NCBI GenBank assembly: GCA_021813945.1
Contig: JAKAJD010000001.1
Location: 9,744 to 73,743 of the forward strand
Direction: 5' to 3'
DNA: 64,000 bases
Origin: a bacterium
GTDB lineage: Bacteria; Patescibacteriota; Microgenomatia; Curtissbacterales; GWA2-41-24
Shown: positions 17,492 to 28,219 of the stretch, piece by piece
How positions within the stretch are numbered: position 1 is the first letter of the stretch
Layout: each line of letters begins with the position of its first letter
Notes under the pieces: generated by a model
Databases searched by the model: none
What the model was told of the DNA's origin: nothing
The model's input: only the letters and a program-made list of their open reading frames with translations
Translations under genes and position numbers: made by a program

Positions 17492-18708
17492 GACTGGTCG
17501 TAAATATCCCGACTTACAACGAAGAAGATAATATCTCAGAGGTCATAAGAAACGTTTTGAAATCTGCTAAAAACATGCCAAGCCTAGATGTGCATGTTCT
17601 GGTTTCTGATAGTCATTCTCCCGATAAAACGCCAGATATTGTAAAAGATATTTCCAAAACAAATCCAAAAGTTCACTATTTAGACGTGAAAGAAAGAGGC
17701 CTTGGCATTGGTATTGTCAAAGGGCACAGATATGCGGTCGATAAGCTAAGAGCTGATATTTTAGGTCAAATGGACGGTGATATGTCTCATGACCCATCAA
17801 CTTTACCGGAAATGGTTCAACTTATCGAGGAAGGTTATGATTTGGTTGTCGGTTCAAGGCTTATGAAAGGCGGGAAGAACCTTTTGGGATGGCACAGGCG
17901 CCTTTTTACTCGCGGGTCAGCATTTTATTGCAAACTTGCCTGGGGAACTTTTTCTATCTCAGAATATACCAATTCTTACAGAGTTTTCACAAAAAAACTT
18001 TTTGAAAATGTCGATTTTAAAAAAATTCCATGGCGATCAAAAACTTACATAATCCAGCCGTCATTTTTATATGCGGCGCTTTTAGCTGGTGCCAAAGTGA
18101 AAGAAGTCCCAATAATATTTATTGATAGAAAAAAGGGATACTCAAAGTCAAAAATTATTGCATACATTATTGATGTAGTGATATTTGGTATTAAGGTTAG
18201 AATAGAGAAGTCAAAAACTTTTTTAAAGTTTCTTTCTGTAGGAACTTTAACTTATTTCGTCAATGCAATTCTTTTAGGTCTCTTGTATCGTGGCAATATT
18301 TATTCAGTAAAAGTCTTGCCTGAAGCCATTTTGTCTTTTATCCCAGTTAATCACCCTTCTACTAAATTATTATTTATTTATCTCGATAGATTGTTCGTAG
18401 CGTCATTAATATCCATAGAAGCCTCAATAATTATCAATTTTTTCTTCCATGATAGCTGGACCTTTAAGCATCGCAACAGAGAAGGAAGCAAATTGAAAAG
18501 ATTTTTGAAGTTTAATTTGTCGTCAGTTGGGAGTCCGATTATTCAGCTTGCAAGCATACTAACTTTTGTACAGGTGCTTCACACTAGCGAACAAATAGGC
18601 TTAGCATTTGGAGTCATAATCGGACTTTTCGTAAACTATACTGTCAACCTCTTATGGATTTGGAAGGAACACCCCGAAAAGGATCTTTCGCAAAAAGTCG
18701 TAAAATAA
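17488..18708 (+). CDS. GT2 polyprenyl-phosphate sugar synthase (Dpm1/GtrB-like) fused to a C-terminal GtrA-like 4-TM domain
   Basis: VNIPTYNEEDNI, DGDMSHDPS and VVGSRLMKGG are Dpm1-type motifs. The C-terminal 120 aa form hydrophobic helices. Its ATG overlaps the gmd TGA. Confidence 0.75.
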   Translation: MRLVVNIPTYNEEDNISEVIRNVLKSAKNMPSLDVHVLVSDSHSPDKTPDIVKDISKTNPKVHYLDVKERGLGIGIVKGHRYAVDKLRADILGQMDGDMSHDPSTLPEMVQLIEEGYDLVVGSRLMKGGKNLLGWHRRLFTRGSAFYCKLAWGTFSISEYTNSYRVFTKKLFENVDFKKIPWRSKTYIIQPSFLYAALLAGAKVKEVPIIFIDRKKGYSKSKIIAYIIDVVIFGIKVRIEKSKTFLKFLSVGTLTYFVNAILLGLLYRGNIYSVKVLPEAILSFIPVNHPSTKLLFIYLDRLFVASLISIEASIIINFFFHDSWTFKHRNREGSKLKRFLKFNLSSVGSPIIQLASILTFVQVLHTSEQIGLAFGVIIGLFVNYTVNLLWIWKEHPEKDLSQKVVK

Positions 18709-18718
18709 ACATATTAAT

Positions 18719-20227
18719 ATGCCCAAACTATCTTACGATAGATTAAAATTGCTACTTTTTATCTTACTTATTTTAACAGCGGTATTTTTCCGGTTTTACA
18801 AAATACGAGATTACGTTGTTTTTCTTGGAGATGAGGGGCGAGACATGATTGTAATAAGAGATATTTTTGTAAAACACCATATTCCATTTCTAGGGCCAAC
18901 GGCTTCTGTCGGCGGTTTTTATCTAGGCCCCGTATATTATTGGATGGCGGCACCATTTTTACTTTTGTGGCGCTTTGACCCAGTTGGCCCATCATATATG
19001 ATTGCCATTTTCGGCCTTTTAACTGTACTTCTGCTCTATAAATTTTTGAAAGAAACAGTGGGATTTTGGCCAGCTTTTTTAGTAGGCTTGCTTTATAGCA
19101 CCGCTCCTTTAATCGTCAGGTATTCAAGGTCATCATGGAACCCAAATCCGCTACCTTTTTTCTCACTTTTTCTTATATACATGACATATTTAGGCATAAA
19201 ACGAGCTAAACCCATATTTTTTTTAGTGGCAGGCCTTGCATTCGGGATTGCAATACAACTTCATTATTTAGCGCTTTTGCTCGTGTTAGTCTTTCTGGCA
19301 ATTGTGCTTCTTTCAACCAATTGGAAAACATGGCCAAAAAGTATTGCCCTTTATATCGTTGGCACACTGATTACTTTTTCCCCCTTTTTATTATTTGAGG
19401 CAGCACATAATTTTCCTAATTTCAGAACAATTTTTGAATTTGTAACAAGAGGAACAAATGTAGGCTATAAAAGTTTTAATTTCCTTTGGCTTATAACCAA
19501 CACCGGCAACATATTCTTAGAAGAAATCTCGCATTTGGGTGGAACTATATACACAAAAATAATAGTCTGGACCTTACTTTTCTTTTCACTCTATGGATTT
19601 TACAAAACCAGAAAAGACAAAGAAAAAAAACTCTTATACACCACAGGATTCATTTGGTTTTTTGGAGGCCTTCTTCTTCTGCGCGTATACACTGGAAACT
19701 TAAACGATTATTATTTCGGCTTTCTTTTTCCCGCACCATTTTTCCTTCTAGGACTTATCTTCTCAGAATTGTGGGGAAACAAATTCTTACGATTGATTCC
19801 GCTCGGTTTTACAATGTTTGCTTTAATTTGGTTCACAAGTAATGCTTTTTTTAAAAATTCTCCCAACAAGTTGATTAATCAAACTGAGACTGTTGCACAA
19901 GAAATAATCCAAAAAACTGGCGGCAAACCATACAACTTCGCACTGGTATCCGACCATAATAGCGATCATGCATACCGCTATTTTCTGGATATTAAAGGCG
20001 ATCCGCCAACTCAACTGGAAACAATGGTCACAGATCAATTAATCGTTTTATGTGAATCACAAAAATGCTCGCCGCTAGGAAATCCTTTGTGGGAAATAGC
20101 TGCTTTCGGAAGAGGCGAAATAGTGGGCCAGTGGGATCTTCCAAAGTTTGGATTTAAACTTTATCGCTTAACCCATTGGTCTGGGGCTCCTTCTCCTGCT
20201 GGAAAACCGGCGGTTAAAGGTGGATAA
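18719..20227 (+). CDS. Polytopic GT-C-type membrane glycosyltransferase (DE-motif first loop); paralog of 39833..41278
   Basis: FLGDEGRDMIVIRDI...LGPTASVGGFYLGPVYYW aligns with FGGDQGYDFLIAKGI...LGPKIGPYNNFGNLYLGPAYYY of ORF 39833. It has more than 10 TM helices. Confidence 0.6.
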   Translation: MPKLSYDRLKLLLFILLILTAVFFRFYKIRDYVVFLGDEGRDMIVIRDIFVKHHIPFLGPTASVGGFYLGPVYYWMAAPFLLLWRFDPVGPSYMIAIFGLLTVLLLYKFLKETVGFWPAFLVGLLYSTAPLIVRYSRSSWNPNPLPFFSLFLIYMTYLGIKRAKPIFFLVAGLAFGIAIQLHYLALLLVLVFLAIVLLSTNWKTWPKSIALYIVGTLITFSPFLLFEAAHNFPNFRTIFEFVTRGTNVGYKSFNFLWLITNTGNIFLEEISHLGGTIYTKIIVWTLLFFSLYGFYKTRKDKEKKLLYTTGFIWFFGGLLLLRVYTGNLNDYYFGFLFPAPFFLLGLIFSELWGNKFLRLIPLGFTMFALIWFTSNAFFKNSPNKLINQTETVAQEIIQKTGGKPYNFALVSDHNSDHAYRYFLDIKGDPPTQLETMVTDQLIVLCESQKCSPLGNPLWEIAAFGRGEIVGQWDLPKFGFKLYRLTHWSGAPSPAGKPAVKGG

Positions 20228-20245
20228 TATAGGCGATTTTTTCAA

Positions 20246-21172
20246 ATGTTAAAAAATATCGTTTCGGCAAAACAATTCGATAAAGCCACTATTGAGCAAA
20301 TTCTCCAAACCGCAGATAAAGTAAGGTCCAAAAATTACGACTCCAACTCGCTGTCAGGGAAAGTTATGGCGACACTTTTCTATGAACCCTCAACCAGAAC
20401 GAGGCTCTCATTTGAATCCTCGATGCTAAGACTTGGCGGAGGCGTTATCTCAACGGAAAGTGCTGCAGAATTTTCCTCAGCGGCAAAAGGCGAGACCCTG
20501 GAAGACACTATAAGGGTTGTAAATGCATTCAGTGATGTTATTGTGCTCAGGCACTTTTCCGCTGGGGCATCAGAAATCGCCCAACGCTATTCAAAAGTAC
20601 CTATCATAAACGCTGGAGATGGTAATGGCGAGCATCCAACGCAAGCACTTTTGGACTTATATACAATTTTTTCTAAATTCTCAAAAAGAGATCTCACAAT
20701 TGCTATGGTCGGTGATCTTTTAAATGGCCGGACAATTCATTCTCTAAGTGTTTTTTTAGCGCTATACCCCAAAATGAAACTGATTTATGTATCTCCAAAT
20801 GCTCTTGCTATCCCAAAAGGCTTGAGATCTCACCTTAAATCGAAAAGAATTCAATTCAAAGAAACGCTTGATTTAAACGTCGCACTAAAGACAGCAGATG
20901 TTATTTACCAGACCAGGATTCAAAAAGAACGCTTTAAAAATGAAACAGAATATGTGAAATTCAAAGGCCTTTACATAATTGATAAAAAAAGCCTTAAACA
21001 GCTTAAAAAAACCTCAATTATCATGCATCCTCTCCCACGAATAAACGAAATTACTGCAGATGTAGATAAAGATCCTCGTGCTCTGTATTTCGAACAGGTC
21101 CAAAATGGTCTTTACGTTCGAATGGCAGTTCTCCTTTACCTCTTTGACAAAAGCTCTTCTAAGAATCGATAA
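20246..21172 (+). CDS. pyrB: Aspartate carbamoyltransferase catalytic chain
   Basis: STRTR, HPTQ, TRIQKER (aligns with E. coli TRVQKER) and HPLPR motifs. Length 308 aa. No pyrI is adjacent. Confidence 0.85.
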   Translation: MLKNIVSAKQFDKATIEQILQTADKVRSKNYDSNSLSGKVMATLFYEPSTRTRLSFESSMLRLGGGVISTESAAEFSSAAKGETLEDTIRVVNAFSDVIVLRHFSAGASEIAQRYSKVPIINAGDGNGEHPTQALLDLYTIFSKFSKRDLTIAMVGDLLNGRTIHSLSVFLALYPKMKLIYVSPNALAIPKGLRSHLKSKRIQFKETLDLNVALKTADVIYQTRIQKERFKNETEYVKFKGLYIIDKKSLKQLKKTSIIMHPLPRINEITADVDKDPRALYFEQVQNGLYVRMAVLLYLFDKSSSKNR

Positions 21173-21180
21173 TAAGTTTA

Positions 21181-21948
21181 ATGGACGAAAACCCACACCT
21201 GTCTGTGGTTATTCCGGCATATAACGAAGAACCCAATTTTATAAAGGGTACGCTAGATGAGGTTCCGGAATATCTTAAAAAACAGCCATACCCCTACGAA
21301 ATTTTAATAGTAGACGACGGTTCAAGTGATGCAACGGCATCTCTTGCAGAAAATTTTGCCAAAAAGCACAAAAACGTGAGAGTGGTTAATAATCCGCACG
21401 AGGGCAAAGCGGCCACTGTAAAAGCCGGTGTTGAAAGTGCCAGGGGTGAGCTCATTTTATTTACCGATTTCGACCAGGCAACCCCAATTCATGAAGTAGA
21501 ACGACTCTTACCTTATTTTTCAGAATTCGACATTGTAATAGGCTCAAGACAGCTCCCTGGGGCAAAAAGAGAAAAAGAGCCATTCCACAGACACTTGATG
21601 GGATTAGTTTTTAACATCTTAGTTCAAATCATTGCAGTTCGAGGTATCTGGGACACACAAGCCGGTTTTAAATGCTTTAAAGCTCAGGTTGCCAAAGAAC
21701 TTTTCGGCGAACTGAAGGTTTACGGAAAGGCTAAAAAGGTAGAAGGCGCTCTAGTTACTGCTTTTGATGTAGAACTGTTGTTTATAGCAAAAAAAAGAGG
21801 CTATAAAATTAAAGAGGTGCCAATAATCTGGCATCATGTTAAAACCACAAGGGTTAGCCCCATAAAGGACTCTTTAAGAATGTTAAGGGATGTCATCAAA
21901 ATTCGCCTTAATGATATCCGGGGAATTTATAACAAAGCTCCAAGATAA
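21181..21948 (+). CDS. GT2 glycosyltransferase, Dpm1-like polyprenyl-phosphate sugar synthase (soluble)
   Basis: LSVVIPAYNEEPNF, VDDGSSD, DFDQATP, IGSRQLPG. Confidence 0.75.
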   Translation: MDENPHLSVVIPAYNEEPNFIKGTLDEVPEYLKKQPYPYEILIVDDGSSDATASLAENFAKKHKNVRVVNNPHEGKAATVKAGVESARGELILFTDFDQATPIHEVERLLPYFSEFDIVIGSRQLPGAKREKEPFHRHLMGLVFNILVQIIAVRGIWDTQAGFKCFKAQVAKELFGELKVYGKAKKVEGALVTAFDVELLFIAKKRGYKIKEVPIIWHHVKTTRVSPIKDSLRMLRDVIKIRLNDIRGIYNKAPR

Positions 21949-22013
21949 AACTTCAAATTATCCAAAAAAGGAACTATAGTGGAAAAATACTTGGATCCTG
22001 TAAAATAAGGCAT

Positions 22014-23225
22014 ATGTCCAAACTGGAAAAATTCCTCCTTTTTGTAAACATAGCGATCTATCTTTCTATTGCAGTTTTTTCATTCGCTTATGTGGATCTC
22101 AATCTTACCTTAAGCCAAAACCGCTATATTCTGGGCTTCATTTCACAAATGCAATATTTAGGTTATTATAGTAGGCCGCAAGCCACATCCATCTATCTTC
22201 TCATGATTTTTGCGACATACGCGTTTTTTATTGCCAATTTAATTCTGTTTTTAAGGAAAAAAATTACAAAAAAATACCTGGTCTTATCGTCACTTACAAG
22301 CGTTATAATTTTGATCTTTGCGTACCCATACCTCTCCTCAGATATTTTTAACTACATATTTGATGCAAGAATAATATTACATTACCATTTAAGCCCATAT
22401 AGTCACAGAGCTTTAGACTTTCCACAAGATGACTGGATTAGGTTTATGCGTTGGACGCATCGATATTCTCCATACGGCCCTGTTTGGCTGTTTTTCTCGC
22501 TCATACCCTACACCCTAGGCTTAGGTAAATTCCTTCTAACTCTTTTAACTTTTAAAACTTTTATTTCTCTGTTTCACCTAGCGAATATTTACCTGATATA
22601 TCAAATTTTAAATTTTAAAAAAGATAATTTAAGGCTTACGGGAACAGCTCTTTACGCACTTAATCCACTTATTCTTACAGAAGGAATCATAAATGGGCAC
22701 AATGATGTAGTCCTGGCAACCTTTTTGCTACTACCGATTTATTTCTCGACTCGCAATAAAAATGTAAAATCAATTATTTCAATATTGACAGGTACACTCA
22801 TAAAATACATTCCCATCCTTAACTTTCCGTGGTTATTATTGCATATAAAAACAAAAAACTTTGGGCTTAAAAAGTTAATAATTGCTAACATTATCACAAT
22901 GGTTATCTTTACTTACATTTTTTCATCATTCAAAATTACTGTGCCATTCGTCTCATCAGGGGCTACTCAAGTGCAGTTTCAACCATGGTATCTATTCTGG
23001 ACACTGCCTTTAATTGCCCTTCTTTCAAATACCTGGCTCACAATTTTTTCAATCGCTGTAGCGCTTGGTGCAAGTTTAAGATATCTCCCATTCATTTATT
23101 ATGGAGACTGGAGCCATCAAGGTACTTTAGAGTTTATGACTATTGCAACCTTTGCACCTGCTTTTATAATGGGCATTATATTTTTGATATATAAAACCTT
23201 TTTAACTCACTCAAGTGACAAATAA
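22014..23225 (+). CDS. Polytopic membrane protein, possible GT-C-type glycosyltransferase
   Basis: About 11 TM helices. The conserved-looking loop is SSDIFNYIFDARI...QDDWIRFMRWTHRYSPYGPVWL. Confidence 0.5.
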   Translation: MSKLEKFLLFVNIAIYLSIAVFSFAYVDLNLTLSQNRYILGFISQMQYLGYYSRPQATSIYLLMIFATYAFFIANLILFLRKKITKKYLVLSSLTSVIILIFAYPYLSSDIFNYIFDARIILHYHLSPYSHRALDFPQDDWIRFMRWTHRYSPYGPVWLFFSLIPYTLGLGKFLLTLLTFKTFISLFHLANIYLIYQILNFKKDNLRLTGTALYALNPLILTEGIINGHNDVVLATFLLLPIYFSTRNKNVKSIISILTGTLIKYIPILNFPWLLLHIKTKNFGLKKLIIANIITMVIFTYIFSSFKITVPFVSSGATQVQFQPWYLFWTLPLIALLSNTWLTIFSIAVALGASLRYLPFIYYGDWSHQGTLEFMTIATFAPAFIMGIIFLIYKTFLTHSSDK

Positions 23226-25659
23226 AAATAGGACTTCAAAATTTTTCAAATCAACTTTTCCATTTGCAGTCATATTTGGTGTGACACTTCTTATTTTCTT
23301 TAAAATTTTCATAAAAGGGTTGTATCCAATTCCTGGTGATCTTCTTGTTTCTTTCTATTTCCCTTGGTACTCAGGCGGGTGGGTCGGTTATGACCCTTGG
23401 ACTACCCATAAAGAAATGCTTGGGGCAGATTCAATAAGGCAAATATATTTGTGGAAGGAGTTTGCTGCACATCAATTTTTATCTGGCCATTTTCCACTTT
23501 GGAATCCATTTACTTTTTCAGGCCAACCCCTCATAGCAAATTTTCAGTCTAGTGTTTTTTATCCTTTCAACATTTTTTATTTCTTTACCGACGCAAGAAA
23601 CGCTTGGATTTTACTTATAACAATTCAACCACTTTTAGCGGGAATTTTTATGTTTATTTGCCTGCGAAGTTTCAAATTGCCAAAAATTGCGGCACTTTTT
23701 GGCTCAATTACTTTTATGTTTTCAAGTTACTTTATAACTTGGATGGAGAATGGAAATATAAGCCATGGTTACCTTTGGCTTCCTTTTGCAATATTTGCCA
23801 TTAATCGATTTTTTGAAAAACATCAGATTAGATATCTGATCGCATTGGCTGTGACCATCACCCTTTCCATTTTTGCAGGCCATCCCCAAACAGTCATATA
23901 TATTGTTTTAGCTACCTCTTTATTTTTCTTTTTTAAAATTTACGAAGAGTCCAAAAATGCAAAACTTTTTTTGTATTATTGCATCTCTCTTTTGGGGGCA
24001 TTGCTAATCAGCTCAGTCCAGCTAATCCCTACATTGGCTTTTTACAAAATGTCTCCAATTCATCTTCCTTTCGCCAAAGAAGTATTTGACAGATCGATAA
24101 TGCCAGTTCAAAACTTAATCACCTTCTTTGCAAGTGACTTCTTTGGTCATCCGGCAAACAATAATTTTTGGAGCGCAAGCTACGGAGATTTTACCCCTTA
24201 TTTCGGGGTCATACCACTTATATTTTCACTTTGGGCAATATTTAAACTGAGGAGAACAAGATTCGTAAGATTTGCAGCTTTAACATCTTTATTTTTTATC
24301 TTCTCAGCAATCCAAGGGCCTATTACTTATCTGATAAAAAAACTACAAATACCTTTAGTAGACGCTACCTCTCCATCTAGATTCCTTTCAATAACAATAT
24401 TCTTTTTAATTATCTTGTCTGCCCTTGGCTTCTCTGATTTTTTACAGCATATCCAAACTAAAAAATATTTTACAAACTTTATAAAATTTTTGGCATTTTT
24501 GTTCCCAATATATATTGCGATGTGGGCTTTTACTGTATTCGGCAAAATCATATTAAAAAATGATCAAATTTGGCAAATTAATCTCTCTGTCTCACAACAC
24601 AATTTAGTTCTACCAACAGCTATGTTTTTATCAATTCCTGCAATATTGCTTCTACTCATATATGCAAAAAAATTAATAAAACCTTTCCCGGATAATATTT
24701 CCATAAAGATTGCGATCACGGCCATTTTCCTAGTTACAATATTTGGTGGCGTTTACTACACAAACAAATTTCTTCCGGTTGCTCCCAAAAAATTTATTTT
24801 TCCTGATCACCCTATTTTGACATGGCTTGAGCAGAATGCAGGTATCGATAGATTTTACGGAAGCCAGACTGCCCATATTGATTACAACTTTCCAACGCAT
24901 TATCAAATTTATGGAGTTGAAGGCTACGACACACTAAGACTCGAGCGTTACGCCCAGCTGCTAGCCTCTATTCCAACTGGCCAAGTGCCAAAAACTTACC
25001 TGCGATCAGATGGGACACTGCCAGATAGCAATGAGAATGTTAACAAAAAGAGAATTCTGGACCTTTTAGGCGTTAAATATATGCTTGATAAAGAGGATAA
25101 TCCAAAAACGGGTGCAGACTGGCATTACGACAGATTTCCGACAGATAAGCTAAAAGGCTTGGTACAGTACACCAGACCTCAAATATACTTGAGAGAAGAT
25201 GCTATACCACGGTTTTTCATGTCTACCAAATACACAGTTGCAAAATCGGATGAGGAAATCTTGAGTGATATTTATAACCAAAATTTCGATCTTAGAACTT
25301 TAATTTTAGAGCAAGAACCAAACATACCCGTTGATAACACTGAGTCCAATATAGTTATTCCTCAACTCTTAAACTACATCCCGGAAAGTTCTATCTTCAA
25401 AACTAATAACAGTTCAAATTCGCTTTTGTTTATCTCGGATGCTTACGACAGTGGCTGGAAAGCTTTTATAGATGGTAAAAAATCTCCAATATTACGGGCC
25501 GATTATGCCCTAAGAGCAGTAGCGGTTCCCAAAGGAGAGCACGAGGTGCAATTTAAATATGAGCCGGACTCTTTTAAAATTGGCTTTTATATCACTATCT
25601 TATCCACAATCGGACTTCTTGGAATTTGCGCATTTTCTATATCGAAGAAAAAATTCTGA
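23215..25659 (+). CDS. YfhO-like large membrane protein (GT-C-like, 814 aa)
   Basis: Polytopic N-terminal region plus a C-terminal domain ending GWKAFIDGKKSPILRADYALRAVAVPKGEHEVQFKYEP, which resembles the YfhO-family C-terminus. Confidence 0.6.
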   Translation: MTNKNRTSKFFKSTFPFAVIFGVTLLIFFKIFIKGLYPIPGDLLVSFYFPWYSGGWVGYDPWTTHKEMLGADSIRQIYLWKEFAAHQFLSGHFPLWNPFTFSGQPLIANFQSSVFYPFNIFYFFTDARNAWILLITIQPLLAGIFMFICLRSFKLPKIAALFGSITFMFSSYFITWMENGNISHGYLWLPFAIFAINRFFEKHQIRYLIALAVTITLSIFAGHPQTVIYIVLATSLFFFFKIYEESKNAKLFLYYCISLLGALLISSVQLIPTLAFYKMSPIHLPFAKEVFDRSIMPVQNLITFFASDFFGHPANNNFWSASYGDFTPYFGVIPLIFSLWAIFKLRRTRFVRFAALTSLFFIFSAIQGPITYLIKKLQIPLVDATSPSRFLSITIFFLIILSALGFSDFLQHIQTKKYFTNFIKFLAFLFPIYIAMWAFTVFGKIILKNDQIWQINLSVSQHNLVLPTAMFLSIPAILLLLIYAKKLIKPFPDNISIKIAITAIFLVTIFGGVYYTNKFLPVAPKKFIFPDHPILTWLEQNAGIDRFYGSQTAHIDYNFPTHYQIYGVEGYDTLRLERYAQLLASIPTGQVPKTYLRSDGTLPDSNENVNKKRILDLLGVKYMLDKEDNPKTGADWHYDRFPTDKLKGLVQYTRPQIYLREDAIPRFFMSTKYTVAKSDEEILSDIYNQNFDLRTLILEQEPNIPVDNTESNIVIPQLLNYIPESSIFKTNNSSNSLLFISDAYDSGWKAFIDGKKSPILRADYALRAVAVPKGEHEVQFKYEPDSFKIGFYITILSTIGLLGICAFSISKKKF

Positions 25660-27257
25660 TGAAAAAATATTTTTTTATCCTATTGGTAATAGCCGTACTA
25701 TCAATCTGGCCATTTTTCTCCAAAGGCTTTTACCAAAGCCACGATGGTGAATGGATGATAATTCGCTTCACTGCCTTTCACCAAACTTTAAGGGCTGGTA
25801 ATTTCCCTGTCAGATTTGTTGACCGCCTTAATAACAGTTACGGATATCCGGTAATCAATTTTTTATACCCACTGCCTTTTTATCTTTCAGAAATCCCAAA
25901 AATTTCAGGATTTGGATTTGTTGACAGTGTAAAAATAATCTTCGCATTCTCAACACTTATATCAGCAGCCGCGATGTTTTGGGCCCTTTCAATAGGTTTT
26001 TCGCCGACCGCCAGTTTAACCGGAGCAATCATTTATTTATTTATCCCTTATCGTTTTGTCGATCTCTATGTAAGAGGATCTATTGGCGAGAATTTAGCTT
26101 TTTCTGTATTGCCTCTTATATTAGGATCAATATTTCAAATATCAAAAGGCAAAAAAATATATTTTCCTCTTTTGGCTATTTTTATTGGCCTTTTAATTAC
26201 CTCCCACAACGTAATTGCAGCAATTTTTCTGCCAATATTTATTGTTTTGTCTTTTCTTTTAATAATGCACGACAGAGCTAAACTGCTAATATCCTACGCT
26301 TTGGGAATTTTATCCGCTGCCTTTTTTTGGTTTCCTGCGCTGTATGATCTCAAGTATGTGAAACTTTCGCAGATCAACGTATCAAACGTAAACGATCATT
26401 TAGTAAGCTTTTCAAGACTTATTATTCCATCATGGGGTTATGGATCAAGGCCAGTCGGTCATTTAGGGTTTTCACCGCAAATTGGAATTGTGGCTGTCGC
26501 AGTCCTACTTACTGCTTTATACATTCAGATCATTTCAAAAAAGAAAAATGTATCAATAAATTTCTTTTTAGTGATAACGACCGCATGCATTTTTTTACTG
26601 ACCACCTGGTCAAAAATAATTTGGAATACCATTCCAGCGATTAGTGTAATTCAGTTTCCCTGGAGACTGCTTTCCGTTATTGTATTTATCTCTTCTTTTT
26701 GTGCAGCGTTCGTTATTGATTCAAACAAAAGAAACAAAACATTATTGGCAACACTCCTAATATCAGCATCGGTTATATCAACAATCGTTTACACAAAACC
26801 CTCAGGCTTTGTTAACAGGGGAGAGGGTTACTATACAACAAACGAAGGTTCGACAACTGTATTGGACGAATACCTGCCTCTTTGGGTTCAGGAAAATCCT
26901 AAAGGTCATCCTAACCAAAAAATTGAAGTTGAAAACGGTAAATCAACTTTAACTCAAGTTGCTATAAAGCCTAATAATTACAAATTCACCCTTAACGCCT
27001 CAGAAGAAACAAAAATTAAAGTTAACACCATCTTTTTTCCTGGCTGGAAAGTTTTTGCAAATGGAAATCCTATTAAAATAGACTATAAAAATCCAGAAGG
27101 TTTAATAAAATTCAAATTGCCAAAAGGAAACTATGACGTTATAATCCGGTATACAAAGACTTTGCCACATCTCGTCTCCGAGATAGTATCGCTCTTTGCC
27201 GTTTTTTCGACGGGTCTGTACTTCTTTTTAATAAAATGGCGAAAACTAGGTTTTTAG
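25659..27257 (+). CDS. Polytopic membrane protein family with an N-terminal HDG-x-W...R...FPVRF motif and a YfhO-type C-terminal domain; paralog of 35048..36772
   Basis: Start MKKYFFILL (ATGA overlap with the upstream stop). HDGEWMIIRFTAFHQTLRAGNFPVRFVDRLNNSYGYPVINFLYPLPFY aligns with the 35048 paralog. The C-terminus is FFPGWKVFANGNPIKIDYKNPEGLIKFKLPKGNYDV. Confidence 0.55.
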   Translation: MKKYFFILLVIAVLSIWPFFSKGFYQSHDGEWMIIRFTAFHQTLRAGNFPVRFVDRLNNSYGYPVINFLYPLPFYLSEIPKISGFGFVDSVKIIFAFSTLISAAAMFWALSIGFSPTASLTGAIIYLFIPYRFVDLYVRGSIGENLAFSVLPLILGSIFQISKGKKIYFPLLAIFIGLLITSHNVIAAIFLPIFIVLSFLLIMHDRAKLLISYALGILSAAFFWFPALYDLKYVKLSQINVSNVNDHLVSFSRLIIPSWGYGSRPVGHLGFSPQIGIVAVAVLLTALYIQIISKKKNVSINFFLVITTACIFLLTTWSKIIWNTIPAISVIQFPWRLLSVIVFISSFCAAFVIDSNKRNKTLLATLLISASVISTIVYTKPSGFVNRGEGYYTTNEGSTTVLDEYLPLWVQENPKGHPNQKIEVENGKSTLTQVAIKPNNYKFTLNASEETKIKVNTIFFPGWKVFANGNPIKIDYKNPEGLIKFKLPKGNYDVIIRYTKTLPHLVSEIVSLFAVFSTGLYFFLIKWRKLGF

Positions 27258-28219
27258 TAACGGGCGGAGCGGGATTTATCGGCTCAGAAATAGTCAGGCA
27301 GCTTCTAGCCTCGGGGCACTCCGTACGCGTAGCAGACAATCTTTCTAAAAAAGACGTCCAAATAGACAGTCGAGCTGAATTTATAAAAGTAGATTTAACA
27401 GATAAAGAGCAAGCAAATGAAGCGTTTTTGGGAATCGATATTTGCATCAATGCTGCCGCCAAAATAGGGGGTATTGGATACTTTCACAAATTTCCTGCGA
27501 CGATTTTATCGGAAAATAATAAAATTTACTCATCCACATTTGAAGCTGCGGTTAAAAACAAAATCAAAAGAATGCTTTACATTTCTTCTTCAATGGTTTT
27601 TGAATCGGCAAAAAGCTTTCCCTCAAAAGAAGAGGACATTTACAAAATTCCGCCGCCAGTTTCCTCATACGGTTTTTCTAAACTATCTGGCGAGTGGTAT
27701 TGCCGTTCGTTTTGGGACCAATATAGATTGCCTTATACAATTTGTAGACCGTTCAACGCATACGGAATAAACGAATTTCCAGAACGGGAAATAGGCTACG
27801 CTCACGTCATCCCAGACCTTGTAAGAAAGATCTTAAGCGGCCAATACCCGCTTGAGCTTTTAGGTACCGGCCAGCAAACGAGATGTTTCACCCATGTTTC
27901 AGACATAGCAAACGGGGTAATAACAGCCTCTCTTCACAAAAACGCCCAAAATCAGGATTTCAATATTGGAACCGACAAAGAAATAAAAATGATTGATCTT
28001 GCCCAAAAAATCTGGCAACAGATGGAAATGAAAAAATCCTTTAAAGTTAAATTTGTCACGGGTTTCGAGTTTGACATAAAAAGAAGAGTCCCTAACGTTC
28101 AAAAAGCAAGGCAGCTAATGGGATGGGAACCTAAGGTTAAATTTGAAGAAGGCCTAAAGGAGGTTATTGAATGGCTAAAGCAACAAAAAAGCCAAGGCAA
28201 GTTTCAAACAAGCAAGTAG
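27236..28219 (+). CDS. NAD-dependent nucleotide-sugar epimerase/dehydratase (extended SDR)
   Basis: FLVTGGAGFIGSEIVRQLL and YGFSKLSGE (YxxxK). Length 327 aa. Confidence 0.75.
   Translation: MAKTRFLVTGGAGFIGSEIVRQLLASGHSVRVADNLSKKDVQIDSRAEFIKVDLTDKEQANEAFLGIDICINAAAKIGGIGYFHKFPATILSENNKIYSSTFEAAVKNKIKRMLYISSSMVFESAKSFPSKEEDIYKIPPPVSSYGFSKLSGEWYCRSFWDQYRLPYTICRPFNAYGINEFPEREIGYAHVIPDLVRKILSGQYPLELLGTGQQTRCFTHVSDIANGVITASLHKNAQNQDFNIGTDKEIKMIDLAQKIWQQMEMKKSFKVKFVTGFEFDIKRRVPNVQKARQLMGWEPKVKFEEGLKEVIEWLKQQKSQGKFQTSK

Noticed and set aside
20246-21172. Idea that the island-embedded PyrB-like enzyme is a novel sugar carbamoyltransferase
   Set aside because: All canonical ATCase substrate-binding motifs, including the Asp-binding TRIQKER segment, are intact. 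Sugar O-carbamoyltransferases normally belong to the NodU/CmcH family. It is kept only as a low-interest context note.
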